Origin: Octopus sinensis
Lineage: Eukaryota
Reading direction: 5' to 3'
DNA length: 64,000 nucleotides
Assembly (NCBI RefSeq): GCF_006345805.1
Contig: NC_042998.1
Location: forward strand, 203,298,001-203,362,000
A program made the translations under genes and the position numbers. Under the pieces are notes generated by a model. The model saw only the letters and a list, made by a program, of their open reading frames with translations. It was not told the DNA's origin and ran no database searches. Shown one piece after another: positions 51,363 to 64,000 of this stretch (its first letter is position 1; every line of letters starts with the position of its first letter).

Positions 51363-53074
51363 GTTGATGCTAGCTCCTACCCCACCACCCTAAAGCACCA
51401 TACAAAGCACCATCTGAACGTGGCTGATACCAGTGCCACCTGAGTGGCTGCCATGCTGGTGGCAAGTAAAAAGCACACACAACACACTTGGAATGGCTGG
51501 TGTTAGGAAGGGCATCCAGCTGTAGAAACATTGCCAGATCAGATTGGACCCTGGGGTGGCCTCCTGGCTTGCCAGTCGCCAGTCAAACTGTCCAACCCAT
51601 GCCAGCATGGAAAGCGGACGTTAAACGATGATGATGATGTTGATGATATACATAGTACCACATTTGTGCTATCACCATGTAAAAGGCACCTTGGTACACT
51701 CTGTAAAGTGGTTGGCATTAACAAGGGCATCCAGCCACAGAAACCATGCCAATACAAATAACTGGTACCTGGTGGCACAGCTCTTTGGCTTGCTAGCTCC
51801 TTGTCAAACCATTCAACCCAAGCCAGCATCGGTTGAACGGGTGTTGAATCATGATAATGATGATGGTGATGATGTATGTATTGCCAACACCTAACATGCC
51901 AGAAAAGGAGGTAGACATTAAAACACACACACACACACACACACATATATACGGTTGCATATAAAAAGCACCATTCAAGCGTGGTCAATGCCAGTGCTGC
52001 CTGACTGGCACCTGTGCCAGCAGCACGTAAAAAGCTCCATTTAAGTGTGGCTGATGCCAGTGCCGCCTGACTGGCCCCAATGCTGGTGACATGTAAAAGG
52101 CATCTACTACACTCTTGGAGTGGTTGGCATTAGGAAGGGCATCCAGCTGTAGAAACACTGCCAGATCAGACTGGAGCCTGGTGCAGCCTTCTGGCATACC
52201 AGTTTTCAGTTGAACCATCCGACCCATGCCAGCATGGAAAGCGGACATTAAACGATAATGATGATGATGACATACACACATACACATGCATATGTATGTA
52301 TGTGTGTACATGTGATGCACATGTGTCTACCTCTGCACATATGATGTACACGTATATATTTGTTATTCAATGCAGACGTTCACACACGCATTTGTCTGTA
52401 TTCAAATACAGAAATTTTTGCCCACCCTAACTGCCCACCCATATACACCTGTTCTGTCACATACCCCAACACACACATGAGCAAATGAAGGAGCCTGTAG
52501 GTTATCCCTCAACCTGCTAGAAACAGCAGCCACATATCCCTCAAAACCCATCCCGTTGTCTTTAAGATGAGGCAAAATATTTACAGTCTAGGAATCTTTT
52601 AAACCAACAAGATGGTCATGGTGAGATTGTTTTAATGATTGGTGTACTGAGTCTGGAGAGGTCTGAGGATGATAACCAACACATCACACACACACACACA
52701 CACCCACACACAGGGTTAGATGGAGACATTCCATACAACACACATACAGAAACACACATACACCCATATATGATACCCACACATACACAAACACACAACA
52801 ACATATTCCACCCATACATCGTACCAACACAAATAAACACACATACATCAACACGCACACACATACACATACAGCCAAACATATACCCACACATATATAC
52901 CCCATATAAATCCACACCCACACCAATTCCACCAGTAAAAGAGGATTAAGATGTCGAAGTGGTGTCAACTAAGCTTGTTTCTACCCTGGCAAGCATGAAC
53001 TGGACACTAATTAGTTAACGAATGAGTTTGAGGTAATTACATGTCTACATTAGAGATGAGTTATTGCTTCAGCA

Positions 53075-53107
<33 letters not shown>

Positions 53108-55596
53108 TACACACATTAATGTGAACACATCTCGAAGACAGCATATTTAGCACTAACATTGGTTTTGTATATGAAGACTAATTAGTGCATATTCTTGTGT
53201 GTGTGTGTGTGTGTATGTGTGTGTATGTGTGCGTGTGTGTATGTAACACCTTGATCATTTTTAATGTCCATCTTCCATTCCGGCAAGAATTTGACAATTT
53301 GACAGGATCCAACAAGTCTGAAGACTACATTGTCTTCTAATGCTTATCTTTGCCCAGGTTCCTATGGCTCGATGCCCTTCCTAACACTAACCACCTTACA
53401 GAGTGGATTGGCACCAGCATTGGTTAGGGCACCATGCAACAGCCAGCAAGAGTAGTGGAGGCGCAATGGCCCAGTGGTTAGGGCAGCGGACTCAGGGTCA
53501 GAGGATCGCGGTTTCAATTCCCAGACCGGGCGTTGTGTGTTTATTGAGAAAAAAAAACCTAAAGCTCCACGAGGCTCTGGCAGGGGGTGGTGGTGACCCC
53601 TGTTGTACTCTTTCGCCCCAACTTTCTCTCACTCTTTCTTCCTGTTTCTTGTACCTGACTTCCTATGCAACCGCTGAGCCTGAATGCGCATTCATCCATC
53701 CGTCGATGCTTTCGGTGTCAGGGGTTGACCTGCTTTCTCTCTTCTACGGGTCTTACGAATAGCAAAGGACCATGTTTCAGACTTCTCCCACTGGACAAAG
53801 ACCATTACGCTCAACAGCAACCAGCAAGAGTAAGGTCTCCCTTGCCTAAGTAGGGCTACAGAAGTGAGGGAGTTGTCTTTATGCTGCAAGTGCTGGTGCC
53901 ACATAAAAAACATCTGGTCCACAATGTAAAGTGGTTGGCATCTGGAAGGGCATCCAGCTGTAGAATCCATGGGAAAACAGGCCTTGCCAGTGTAAGTCAT
54001 CATCATTGTTTAACATCCGCTTTCCATGCTAGCATGGGTTGGACGAATGACTGAGGGCTGGTGAACCAGACGGCCGCACCAGGCTCCAATCTTGATTTGG
54101 CAGAGTTTCTACAGCTGGATGCCCTTCCTAATGCCAACCACTCCGAAAGTGTAGTGGATGCTTTTATGTTCCACAGGCACAAGGCAAGTCAGGCGGTACT
54201 GGCAACAATCTCACTCGAATCTTTCCCACATGCCACCAGCACAGGTGCCAGTAAGGCGACGCTGGTAACGATCACGCTCGAATGGTGCCTTTTACATGCC
54301 ACTGGCATGGAAGCCAGTTATCCGCTCTGGCAACGATCACACTTGTATGGTGCCCTTTGCACCCAGCTAGCACGGACGCCAGTCATCGAATTCGATTGCC
54401 ACATAAAAAGCACTCAGTCCACTCTGCAATGTGGTTGGTGTTAGGAAGGGCACTCAGCTGTAAAGGGTACCAGTGCGTAACTGGTACTTAATTTATCGAC
54501 CCCAAAAGGATGAAAGGCAAAGTCAACCTCGGCGGATTTTGAACTCAGAATGGAACAATGGGCGAAATACTGCAGAACATTTCGTCCAGTGTGCTAAGGC
54601 GCCGCCAAATTGATAACGGCAAAGCTTGTTTAACTAAATTCTTCACTTTCGACAGAAATATGCTAACGAAAGGGTTAAAGTCTTGTTTAGTGACAAAATA
54701 CACATTAAAGCAATTTGCACCATCCCTTTTCAACCATCATCATCATCAACATCATCACCCAAGCGCAGCCATCATCATCATCGTCAACACCCCACCCCCA
54801 CCACTACCAGCAATATCATCATCACCATCATCATCTTTAGCACCACCAATAAGACTAAGAACACTGTAGCCATCATCATCATCGTCAACACCGCCACCAC
54901 CACCATTACCACTGCAACTACTATCATCAACATTATCAACCTGACCCCCACAACACCCCCCACCACCACCACCACCGTTGCCATCAGAAGCGGATGTCTG
55001 TATTTTAATCAATCTATTTACCTAAAAGCTAAAATAAATCATTTTTTTTCACTTTTAAGAAAAGAAAAAAAAGTTTAAAAAAAAAAGTCTTTAGCATTAA
55101 ATTTGAATAACAAAACCAGAATAAATTAAATAAATTGTCTTTTATGAATGGGGGAGGTGGGCAGAGGGGGGGGAATGGTGGAGAGAGGTTGGGTGGTGGG
55201 GAGGGTGGCACGTTTGGTGGTGTAGTGCTATCAGTGATGATAATATTGATGATGGTGATACTGGGGGTGGTGGTGGTGGTGGTGGTGAGTAATGAATTTT
55301 TGCAAAACCAGAACTTCATCTCGGTGCAGGGCAAATGTGAAATGAGTAAAGCTTAGAAGCAACACAGAAGGAAGCTGGGAAATGGTGAAATAAATTCCAG
55401 AAAATAAGGAGAGAGAGAGAGAAGGAGGGGGGGGGGGGTAAAGTGGGAGTAAGTAGAATGAGAGAGAATGAATGGAAGAGAGAAATTTATAGTAAAACCT
55501 TATTAGAGATGTTTGTCTCAAGAAAATCTCTCCATAATAAGGGTCTCTATTTTCAAACAGCCTCTTATCTCAAACATACCTCAAGGTTGGTTCTCT

Positions 55597-56690
55597 CTCA
55601 TCATTCTCATTGTTTAACATCTGCTTTCCATGCTGGCATGGGTTGGACGAATGACTGAGGGCTGGAGAGCCAGGAGGCTGCACCAGGCTCCAATCTGTCT
55701 GGCAAGGTTTCTACAGCTGGATTCCCTTCCTAATGCCAACCACTTTACAGAGTGTACTGGGTGCTTTTTATATGCCACTGGCACGGGTCCCAGTCAGGCA
55801 GCACTGGCATCGACCATGCTCGAATGGTGCTTTTTATGTGCCACCAGCACAGGAGCCAGTCAGGGGGCACTGGCATCAGCTACGACTATGATTTCACTTG
55901 ACTCCACAGGTCTTCTCAAGCACAGCATATCGCCTGATGATTCAAGGTACTTTTAAATGGGCCAGTTCTGTGACACTGGCAAAGGCCACAGCTACAGTCT
56001 CACTTGGCTTGATGGGTCTTCTCAAGCACAGCATATCTCCAAAGGTCTCAGTCATTTGTCATTGCCTTCGTGAGGCCCAACATTCGAAGGTCGAGCTTCA
56101 CCACCTCATCCCATGTCTTCCTGGGTCTGCTTCTTCCACAGGTTCCCTCCACTGTTAGGATGGGACACTTTTTCATACAGCTGTCCTCATCCATACATAA
56201 CACATGACCATACTAGCGCAGTCATCTCTCTTGCACACCACATCTGATGCTTCTCATGTCCAACTTTTCTCTTAGGGAGCTTACACTCTCATGTATGCAC
56301 ACTGACATTACACCTCCAGCAGAGCACACTAGCTTCATCCCTTGCAAGCCTACACATGTCCTCAGTAGCCACAGCCCATGTTTCACTGCTATGCAGCATG
56401 GCTGTTCACACAAATGTGTCATACAGTCTACCTTTCACTCTGAGTGAGAAGCCCTTTGTTACCAGCAGAGGTAAGAGCTCTCTGAACTTTGCCCAGGCTA
56501 TTCTTATTCTAGCAGCTACACTCTCAGAGCATCCACCCCAACAACTGACTTTGTCACCTAGGTAACAGAAGCTATCAACTACTAGTTTTTTCCCCTGGAA
56601 TGTGATGGAATCTGTTTTCTGTACATCTTCGGTGTTTGCGGCCCCTGTGCATCTGCCACACACAAAAACTCTTCCCAGTTAACCTCTTTG
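55597..56690 (-). mobile_element. 5'-truncated RTE-clade LINE: RT C-terminus, 3' UTR and (GAT)n tail
   Basis: VVDSFCYLG...ARIRIAWAKFRELLPLLVTKGFSLRVKGRLYD...RRLR.YGHVLCMDED...GRSRPRKTWDEVVK.DL, continuous with the AGGAAGGGCATCCAGC-containing UTR. Confidence 0.9.
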
Positions 56691-57722
56691 CGGAGATGTA
56701 CTTGCATAGCGAGTGATGCAGCACAAAGTTTTGTCAGTGAACAGGTCGTCGTCTCAAAGCGACAAAAATATTTAGACTAATTAAATTTAAATGTTGAAGT
56801 GAATCTAACGGTTTTTGTGTGTTTCTTAAATGGCTTATAAACACCTTCCACGCTGCAATTGTTAACCTTCCTTTGATGTCACAAAAATAAATTCCATTTG
56901 GAATGGGTTCTGTTAAAAACTGTGAATAAAACACTACAGGAGCCTGGCTGGCCCCTATCAGGCTGTGCTAGCCATTGTCAAGACCTCAGCTGTTCTCAGA
57001 TCCCACATTGCTGGTTTACTCTTCAAATTTGGGATAACTGTGCCTGTGTGAGAAATGAGCTACACGAATTGGGGGTGGTTGTTGCAGCAAGTGATGCTGG
57101 CCATTCTCTACAGCGTCACCTTTGCATTCATATTCTGTGAGGCACAGCCAAACATACCATTTGGTCTTGGGGTATATAATCCTTTACTCCATCTCCCCCA
57201 GCATCCACTGCTTAATTCCTCCCCACCATATTTTCCTTTTTCATAGTTTAAATAGTAGACTGTACGCATATATGGTTTTACAGTATATAACGATAAACAT
57301 CACCCTTTTCAAGCCTAGCCAGGCCCATGGGCCCAGTTTCCTGGTTTCTGTGGTGCATGTGTTCCCCCCAGCTGGACGGGATGCCAGTCCATCGCACCGT
57401 TACTCAAGAAACAGGAAGAGAGAGTGAGAGAAAGTTGTGGTGAAAGAGTACAATAGGGGTCGCCACCACCCCTTGCAAGAGCCTTGTGGAGCTTTTTTGG
57501 GTGTTTTCGCTCAATAAACACCCACAACGCCCGGTCTGGGAATTGAAACCACGATCCTCCGACCACAAGTCCGCTGCCCTAACCACTGAGCCATTGCGCC
57601 TCCACTTACAGTATATACATACATATATTTAAACACTGACAGACTTCAATAACTAAAATCTACAACCATTTCCAGAATTCCTTCTATAAGAAACCAAATC
57701 AAAATTTCCAGAATATAAATGA

Positions 57723-58097
57723 ACTAGCAGTATCGCCCGGCGTTGCTCGGGTTTGTAAGGGAAATAACTATATAAGCATTTTTAGAGAGTTATAGCCAAA
57801 AAATAGCAAAAAAATGCATTAAAAATGGAAAAAAAATTATGGTAAATTTTTTTTTAAAAATCGTTGACTCATCGTAGACATTTTTAGAGAGTTACTTCCC
57901 TTATATAATAGCGAAAAAATGCATTAAAATGGGAAAAAATGATGGTAAATTTTTTTTTAAATCGTAGACTCATCGTAGATGCACGCTAATACCCAGAAGG
58001 GCTCGATAAGAATCACGACTATAAGATAAATGTGGGAGTAGTTAGGAATCTAAATCATAGGAGACAGACACACAACTTGACTTTTATATATAAAGAT
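57723..58097 (+). mobile_element. Non-autonomous Helitron/Helentron (HINE/Lep1-like)
   Basis: 5' ACTAGCAGTATCGCCCGGCGTTGCTCGGG, an internal ~110 bp duplication, 3' CTTTTATATATAAAGAT. Confidence 0.6.
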
Positions 58098-58300
58098 ATG
58101 AGCAAACAAAATTAGGTGGAAAAAAAACCTTTTTATGCTTTGATTTGTGAATGGGGAAGAGCACAAGGATGGGTTTTTACTGCATTTTTGACTTTCAGAA
58201 GAAATATACTTGAAAGCTTTTGCTACGGTTCTGATCTTTCTGATGTCTAAGAATGGATCTTGATGTGCATGAGTTTGTTTTCAAATGTAATTCTGAAGAA

Positions 58301-58529
58301 TTAACCCTTTAGTGTTGAAACCAGCCATATATGGCCCAGATATTCTACATGTTTTATATTCAAACTGGCCATATCTAGCCTTTCATACCTAACCTACATT
58401 GACATTCTAAAAATAAACAATCACATCATTGAAACCTCAAAGCTATAAGATAATGCATGATTAATTCAAAACAATTCGAATGAAAACAGAATTACTTTTA
58501 ACAGAGTAATCTGAATACGAAAGGATTAA
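58301..58529. mobile_element. piggyBac-like MITE (TTAA ends)
   Basis: TTAACCCTTTAGTGTT ... AATACGAAAGGATTAA; related fragment at 49485-49602. Confidence 0.7.
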
Positions 58530-58700
58530 AAGTGCAAATCTACCTTATCTTGGTTTACTCATTTTGCCCCATCTGAATTTGTCTGCTCAAAGAGAATGGA
58601 GATCATTTTCTGAAACAGTGTTCAGATTATGTTATACTCTTTTTAATGCATTCAGAGAAGATCTTTTGCTTTGCTGTTATAGTTTTTGTAAAGTAGTGAA

Positions 58701-59096
58701 CAGAAGTGGCTGTGTGGTAAGTAGCTTGCTAACCAACCACATGGTTCTGGGTTCAGTCCCACTGCGTGGCATCTTGGGCAAGTGTCTTCTGCTATAGCCC
58801 TGGGCCGACCAATGCCTTGTGAGTGGATTTGGTAGACAGAAACTGAAAGAAGCCTGTCGTATATATATGTATATATATATATATATATGTGTGTGTGTTT
58901 GTCTCCCTAGCATTGCTTGACAACTGATGCTGGTGTATTTACGTCCCTGTCACTTAGCAGTTCGGCAAAAGAGACCGATAGAATAAGTACTGGGCTTACA
59001 AAGAATAAGTCCCGGGGTCGATTTGCTCGACTAAAGGCGGTGCTCCAGCATGGCCTCAGTCAAATGACTGAAACAAGTAAAAGAGTAAAAGAGAGT
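58701..59096 (+). mobile_element. SINE-A full copy, nearly identical to 9091-9510
   Basis: Shares the diagnostic gccgaccaatgccttgtg and gtcccggggtcgatttgctcgactaaaggcgg variants. Other SINE-A pieces at 4828-4990, 21466-21580, 36640-36800, 37305-37745, 40116-40290 and 47553-47750. Confidence 0.9.
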
Positions 59097-59397
59097 ATTT
59101 GTAAAAAAACATATTTCTTCTCAAAGTCAAAAATGTAGTAAAAACTTCACGTTGTGAAAAAAAGAAGACAAGTACCTAGAACAAGGTGGGATGAAGTGTT
59201 TTGCTCAAGAGCACAACACGTCGCCTGGTCTACAAGAAGAAACCACAATCTTATGATCAGGAGCCCAACACCCTAACCACTGAGCCACCGTGCACCTCCA
59301 CATAGTTTTACAGATGCTTCTTACACATTAACTTGTGGAGGTTGAACTACGCCAGACATTGGTGAAAGAACCTGAGATGTTTCTTGCTATAAACACA

Positions 59398-59830
59398 TCA
59401 TCATCATCATTTAGCATCCGTTGTCCATGCTGTCATGGGTTGGATGGTTTGACCATGGCTGACAAGCTGGAAGGTGGCACCAAACTCCAGTCTGATTTGG
59501 CAAGGTTTCTATGCTTAGATACCCTTCTTAATGCCAACCACTCCAAGAGTGTAATGGGTGCTTTTACGTGCCACTGGAAGAGGTGCCATTTGTGTGACAC
59601 TGGTATCTGTCATGACTACCAGTTCACTTGGCTTGATGGGTCGTCTTCTCAAGCACGACATACCAAAGGTCTCGGTCATTGCCTCCATGAGGCTCAACGC
59701 TTGAAAGGAACTCGGCCACTTTGCCTCCATGAAGCCCAACGCTCGAAAGAGACTCAGTTGCTTTGCCTCTGTGAGGTTCAACACTCAAGGGGAACTCGGC
59801 CACTTTGCCTCCATGAGGCCCAACATCTAA
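59398..59830 (-). mobile_element. RTE LINE 3' end with a ~42 bp internal tandem repeat
   Basis: (CAT)n tail at 59398, UTR, then ctttgcctccatgaggcccaacgctcgaaagg units at 59680-59830. Confidence 0.8.
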
Positions 59831-60002
59831 AGCAAAACTTTGGATGGGCCCTTAAAATACTACAGTGGATCTCCAATTTACTATTTTGCTTGTGTGAACC
59901 CCAAAAGCTTTATATGGCCCCTTCCCAGGGGTCGTATAGACCCTAGTTGAGAAACATGGTTTTAAAGATTACAAGAGGAGAAAATTATTAGAAAATTATG
60001 TG

Positions 60003-60269
60003 AGATATTCAGCAACAGTGCTTTGGTGTAAAGACTGTTTGTCAACATAACATGGCAGTCCTGGTTGGGGACTAATGTTGCTGTAATTTAGCCCCAGCAG
60101 ACATAAATATTGTTTTGAGCTGAGTGGGGTTGCTAGATTCCCATATTTTTATATATAAGGATACTGATCGTGTTGTATAGCCAGCTGGAGACGATGTCTC
60201 CTGGGGCTAAATTACAGCAACATTCGTCCTAAACCAGGACTTCCGTGTTATGTTGGCAAACAGTCTTTA
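60003..60269. mobile_element. Inverted-repeat (MITE-like) form of the 8.6 kb family
   Basis: ~70 bp arms taaagactgtttgtcaacataacatggcagtcctgg...ccaggacttccgtgttatgttggcaaacagtcttta (60029-60269). Confidence 0.7.
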
Positions 60270-60391
60270 TGAGAAAATCATTATAATTACTAACGAGAGT
60301 TGAACACCTGAAAAACAACAACAAAAAAACAAAGGGAATACGTAAAAAAAGACAAAAACAGATGAAAAAAGAAGATGTAGAATTACTTTAC

Positions 60392-60506
60392 CAATAATGG
60401 CATCAATGGAATGTGTTGCTATGGAACTGTTAACGATGACGCCACCCAGTTTTGTCTTTTTACCATAATAGAGATCATTGGGCCATTTCACTCTCAGATC
60501 CAGTTC
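60392..60506 (-). CDS. HLCS: Internal exon of biotin--protein ligase / holocarboxylase synthetase (BPL catalytic domain)
   Basis: Minus strand ttttggcag|GAACTG...ATTATTG|gtaaag, 115 nt, phase 0 to phase 1. Encodes [38 protein letters not shown](G), with the BirA/HLCS KWPND and K-x-GG-V-x-VNS motifs; closely parallels human [27 protein letters not shown] as recalled. Confidence 0.93.
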
Positions 60507-60719
60507 CTGCCAAAACAAACCAACATATTCCAGTCTTTAGAAACACCGTTACAACATTTGGTCATTTAGTCGTCCATGCAGAATTACCGATATTTCAATA
60601 TTTGGTAAAAGTCTTCGTTTCGCATACGTCTTATACTCACTAATCATTCCTTCACCAAAATTTAGATTTCAAAATTGAAATCTTTTGGGGTGGTTTTTGC
60701 AAAAAGGACTTGTAAGAAT

Positions 60720-61720
60720 TTGGTGATGATGATGATGAGGTAGTGGTGGTGGTGGTGATGTGGTGGTGATGATGATGATGCGGTAGTGGTGTTGATGATG
60801 ATGATGCGGTAGTGGTGGTGGTGACGATGATGTGGTGGTGGTGATGATGATGATGACACTGTGGTGGTGACGATGATGTGGTGGTGGTGGTGATGAAGAT
60901 GATGATATGATGATGATGTGGTGGTGATGATGATGCGGTAGTAGTGGTGGTGGTGATGGTGGTGGTGATGGTGGTGGTGATGATGATGGTGATGATGATG
61001 ATGACAATGTGGTGGTTTCAAATTTTGGCACAAGGCCAGCAGTTTTGTGGGAGGTGGGGTAAGTTGATTACATCAACCCCAGTACGTGACTGGTACTTAT
61101 TATATTATTGACCCTGAAACAATGAAAGACAAAGTCAACCCTGCTAGAATTTGAACTCAGAATGTAAAGGGTGACTTTGTCTGACTTTCAATGTTCTGGG
61201 TTCAAATTCCATTGAGGTAGACAGAGCCTTCCATCTGTTCAGGGTCTACAAAATAAGAACAAGTTGAATATTAGGACGGGGAGGGGCAATGTAGGTGACT
61301 TTATCCATCTCCCTTGGTGAGATGTAGTGGTGGTGATGATGTGGTAGTGATGATGATGATAGTGATGATGATAATGATGATAGTGATGATGATAATGATG
61401 ATAGTGATGATGATGATGATTATGATAGTGATGATGATGATGTGATGATGATGATAGTGATGATGATGATGATAGTGATGATGATAATAGTGATGATGAT
61501 GATAGTGATGATGATGATAGTGATGATGATGATAGTGATGATGATGTGGTGATGATGATGTGGTGATGATGATGATGTGGTAATGATGATGTGTTGGTGG
61601 TGATGATGATGACTAATGCTACTCCTGATGACAACAATAACAATCATGGTGATGACGACTACAATACTGTTACTAATGATGAGAGCAACAATCTTGATGA
61701 TGATGATGATGATGATGATG
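60720..61720. repeat. (GAT)n/(GGT)n arrays flanking SINE-B pieces
   Basis: 60720-61015 and 61320-61720; source of the poly-His/poly-Ile ORFs. Confidence 0.95.
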
Positions 61721-63858
61721 ACGAATGATTACGGTTATGATCCCATCACAAAAATCACCAACATCCAAAGAAGGCGGTGGGGTGGGGGGAGCACTACTCT
61801 TCCACCCTCATCCCCACCACCATCAGGTTACTGCCCTGCCGTCCATCCTCTCTCTCCCCCTCCCATGTTGCACTCAATACAGTTTCTTTTCTCTAATTTA
61901 TTTGCAATAACCACCGTTTCTTTTTTTTGGGGGGTTTTCTTTCGAATTTCTTTAGTTTACATTTGTTTACATTCTTTCTTTCTTTCTTTCTTGTTTTTTT
62001 TTTGGTCGGGGGGTGGGGGTGAGGAGTTCCTATGGTTTTTGTTGTTTGCTTGTTTGGTTTATTTTTCTTTTTACTTTATTATTCCATTGCTGAAATATGC
62101 TAAAACAACATTGGAGAAGAAGAAGAAGAAGAAGAAGAAGAAGCACAATGGAAAGAGAGTCGTGAATTCCACTTAGCGTGGAAGATGTAAGTGCGGAGAC
62201 TTACAGAAAATGGTAACACGAGAACCATGCAGTGTCCATGGCCGCAACAATTTCTACCCATCCCCCCCCCCGTCCCCCCACCTCCAGCACAGATACCCCC
62301 ACCACCACCACCACCTCCTATTCACTCATCTCTGAGGTTTTATACTTTGGCCTTTTGTTGTTTTGGTTATATTTCCATTGAGGGGGAAGGGAGGGGGGGT
62401 CTTAGTTATTCTTGTGCTTTTTTAAAAATCTTTTTGGGTCTTTTCTTTTTTTCCTTTTCGTTTTCTTTTTGTTTTCTTTTCCGGAAGCATCATTAATGGC
62501 CTGTTCAATATTCAGCATCACAGAATTGCCATTCTCTTTGAGGGAGGATACAGTAACAGAATTTGCATCGCTGGAATTGTTAGTACAGGGCTGGCGTTAC
62601 GAAACAGGACACCAACAGCAAACAAGACAGGTTCAATTTGAGCTGATGATTGTCACACATTCCATTTACTTAAACTGGAAGCAACCAGTTCAAAGCCAGA
62701 GGAAAGACAGAGCTCAGGAGGTGTTGTAGCTGTCACAGGTTCTAATCACAGGTAAGGTATTGATTTAAATCTAAACAGAATAACAGACATCAATTGTGTC
62801 TACAGGTACATCACAACAGTTTCAACGCAAGGCATTTGTTTACTTCCTCAACAGTCTGGCCCCAATAATCTTCTATTTTGTTCACTTTCTCTCAAACACA
62901 CACAATTTCATCAGTGTTAAAAAAACAAAAAACGAAAATCTCTTGCTGGACTAAAGAGACAATTCCCATCACACAACAAGCAATCTCAAACCATCTTCTA
63001 GAACAGTGCTTCCCAGCATGGGGTCCACAGACCCCCTGGTGGCCCACAAAGGTAGAACTGGGGGCTGTGAACTAAATTCAAAATTTTATATACATAGCAT
63101 CGCCTTACTGGCACATAAACAAAACATTCGAGCAAGGTCGTTGCCAGTGCCGCTGGACTGACTCCTGTGCAGGTGGCACATAAAAAACACCATTTTGAGC
63201 GTGGCCGTTGCCAGTAGAATTAGACTGGCCCTTGTGCTGGTGGCATGTAAAAGCACCAACTACACTCTCGGAGTGGTTGGCATTAGGAAGGGCATCCAGC
63301 TGTAGAAACTCTGCCAGATCAAGATTGGGGCCTGGTGCAGCCATCTGATTCGCCAGACCTCAGTCAAAATCGTCCAACCCATGCTAGCATGGAAAGCAAA
63401 TGTTAAAGGATGATGATGATGACATATATACATAAGGATAAGCATATTAAAAGGGGTCTATGGGAAAACTCATTTAAATAAAAGGGTTGGGAACCCCTGT
63501 TCTAGTAATTTTAGATTGTAAATGTTCAGCTCCATATTACCTGTGGGTTTATGTGTTGCTGCACTTTTAACCAGGGTCCGATATGTGTCCTGTGTTACTG
63601 CTGGTGTCAAGAAGAGTGATACTCAATTATTGACTTGACACCAATCATATACACACACATATACATGTCTTCTGTTATGGCTAGAAGCAGTCCAGGGTAT
63701 GAGAATTTTTGACTTGACAGTCAAATATGACAAATTACTCCAAACCATCATTAGGGTATCTGCATAAGTGGAGCCAAGACTGGTTAGTTTGTACTAGCAG
63801 TGAGTTGTATTAGTTGTAATAACGAAGTCAAACACCAAATGAGGATCTTTTGAAGTCA

Positions 63859-63915
63859 TTTAATACATAAGCTTCAGGTTTGTGTAATAAATTGCATAAA
63901 CCTTCCTCAGTTAAA
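63859..63915 (-). ncRNA. Degenerate type I hammerhead-like motif, fourth family, beside a fold-back
   Basis: TTTAA CTGAGGA AGGTTT[16 nt]AAACCT GAAG CTTATG TA TTAAA. Helices I and II pair; A15.1 is changed to G. Confidence 0.55.
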
Positions 63916-64000
63916 ACATTTCAAAATATTTTGTAATGTTTAAACTGAGGAAGGTTTACGTAATGGATGCATTTCCTGTTATTGCACAAACTTGAAACAT

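Noticed and set aside
56940-57140. Phase-1 candidate for the next HLCS exon
   Set aside because: Would give E rather than the conserved G, has no GFNV/NPT similarity and reaches a stop.
60662-61647. Poly-His/Ser/Ile ORFs next to the HLCS exon
   Set aside because: (GAT)/(GGT) trinucleotide arrays without splice-consistent coding context.
62488-62751. Selenoprotein reading through the single in-frame TGA
   Set aside because: No redox motif or recognisable family, and no SECIS identified.

Overview
AT-rich, repeat-saturated animal DNA. The SINE/LINE families and huge (TA)/(CA)/(AAT)/(GAT) microsatellites point to a cephalopod, probably Octopus (inference only). One coding exon is confidently recognised: a minus-strand biotin protein ligase/holocarboxylase synthetase (HLCS) exon at 60392-60506 (KWPND motif, AG/GT ends). 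A few weaker minus-strand exon candidates lie at 22-41 kb. The rest is nested mobile DNA: several tRNA-headed SINE families, many 5'-truncated RTE LINE 3' ends with a VNTR-bearing UTR, R4/Dong-like endonuclease ends in (TAA)n, mariner, maT, hAT and Tc2-like DNA elements, piggyBac-like and Helentron-like non-autonomous elements, and tandem duplications bounded by (TA)n. The most interesting signal is a set of at least five unrelated type I hammerhead ribozyme motifs with palindromic helix III, typical of Penelope-like element ends. Several sit in fold-back inverted repeats, and one copy has an intact core (35244-35313, minus). A tRNA-headed short element also carries a minimal hammerhead-like tail, so it is a candidate Penelope-mobilised SINE. 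Nearly all long ORFs in the track are microsatellite or repeat artefacts. Repeat boundaries were read by eye and are approximate; family labels A-E are my own.
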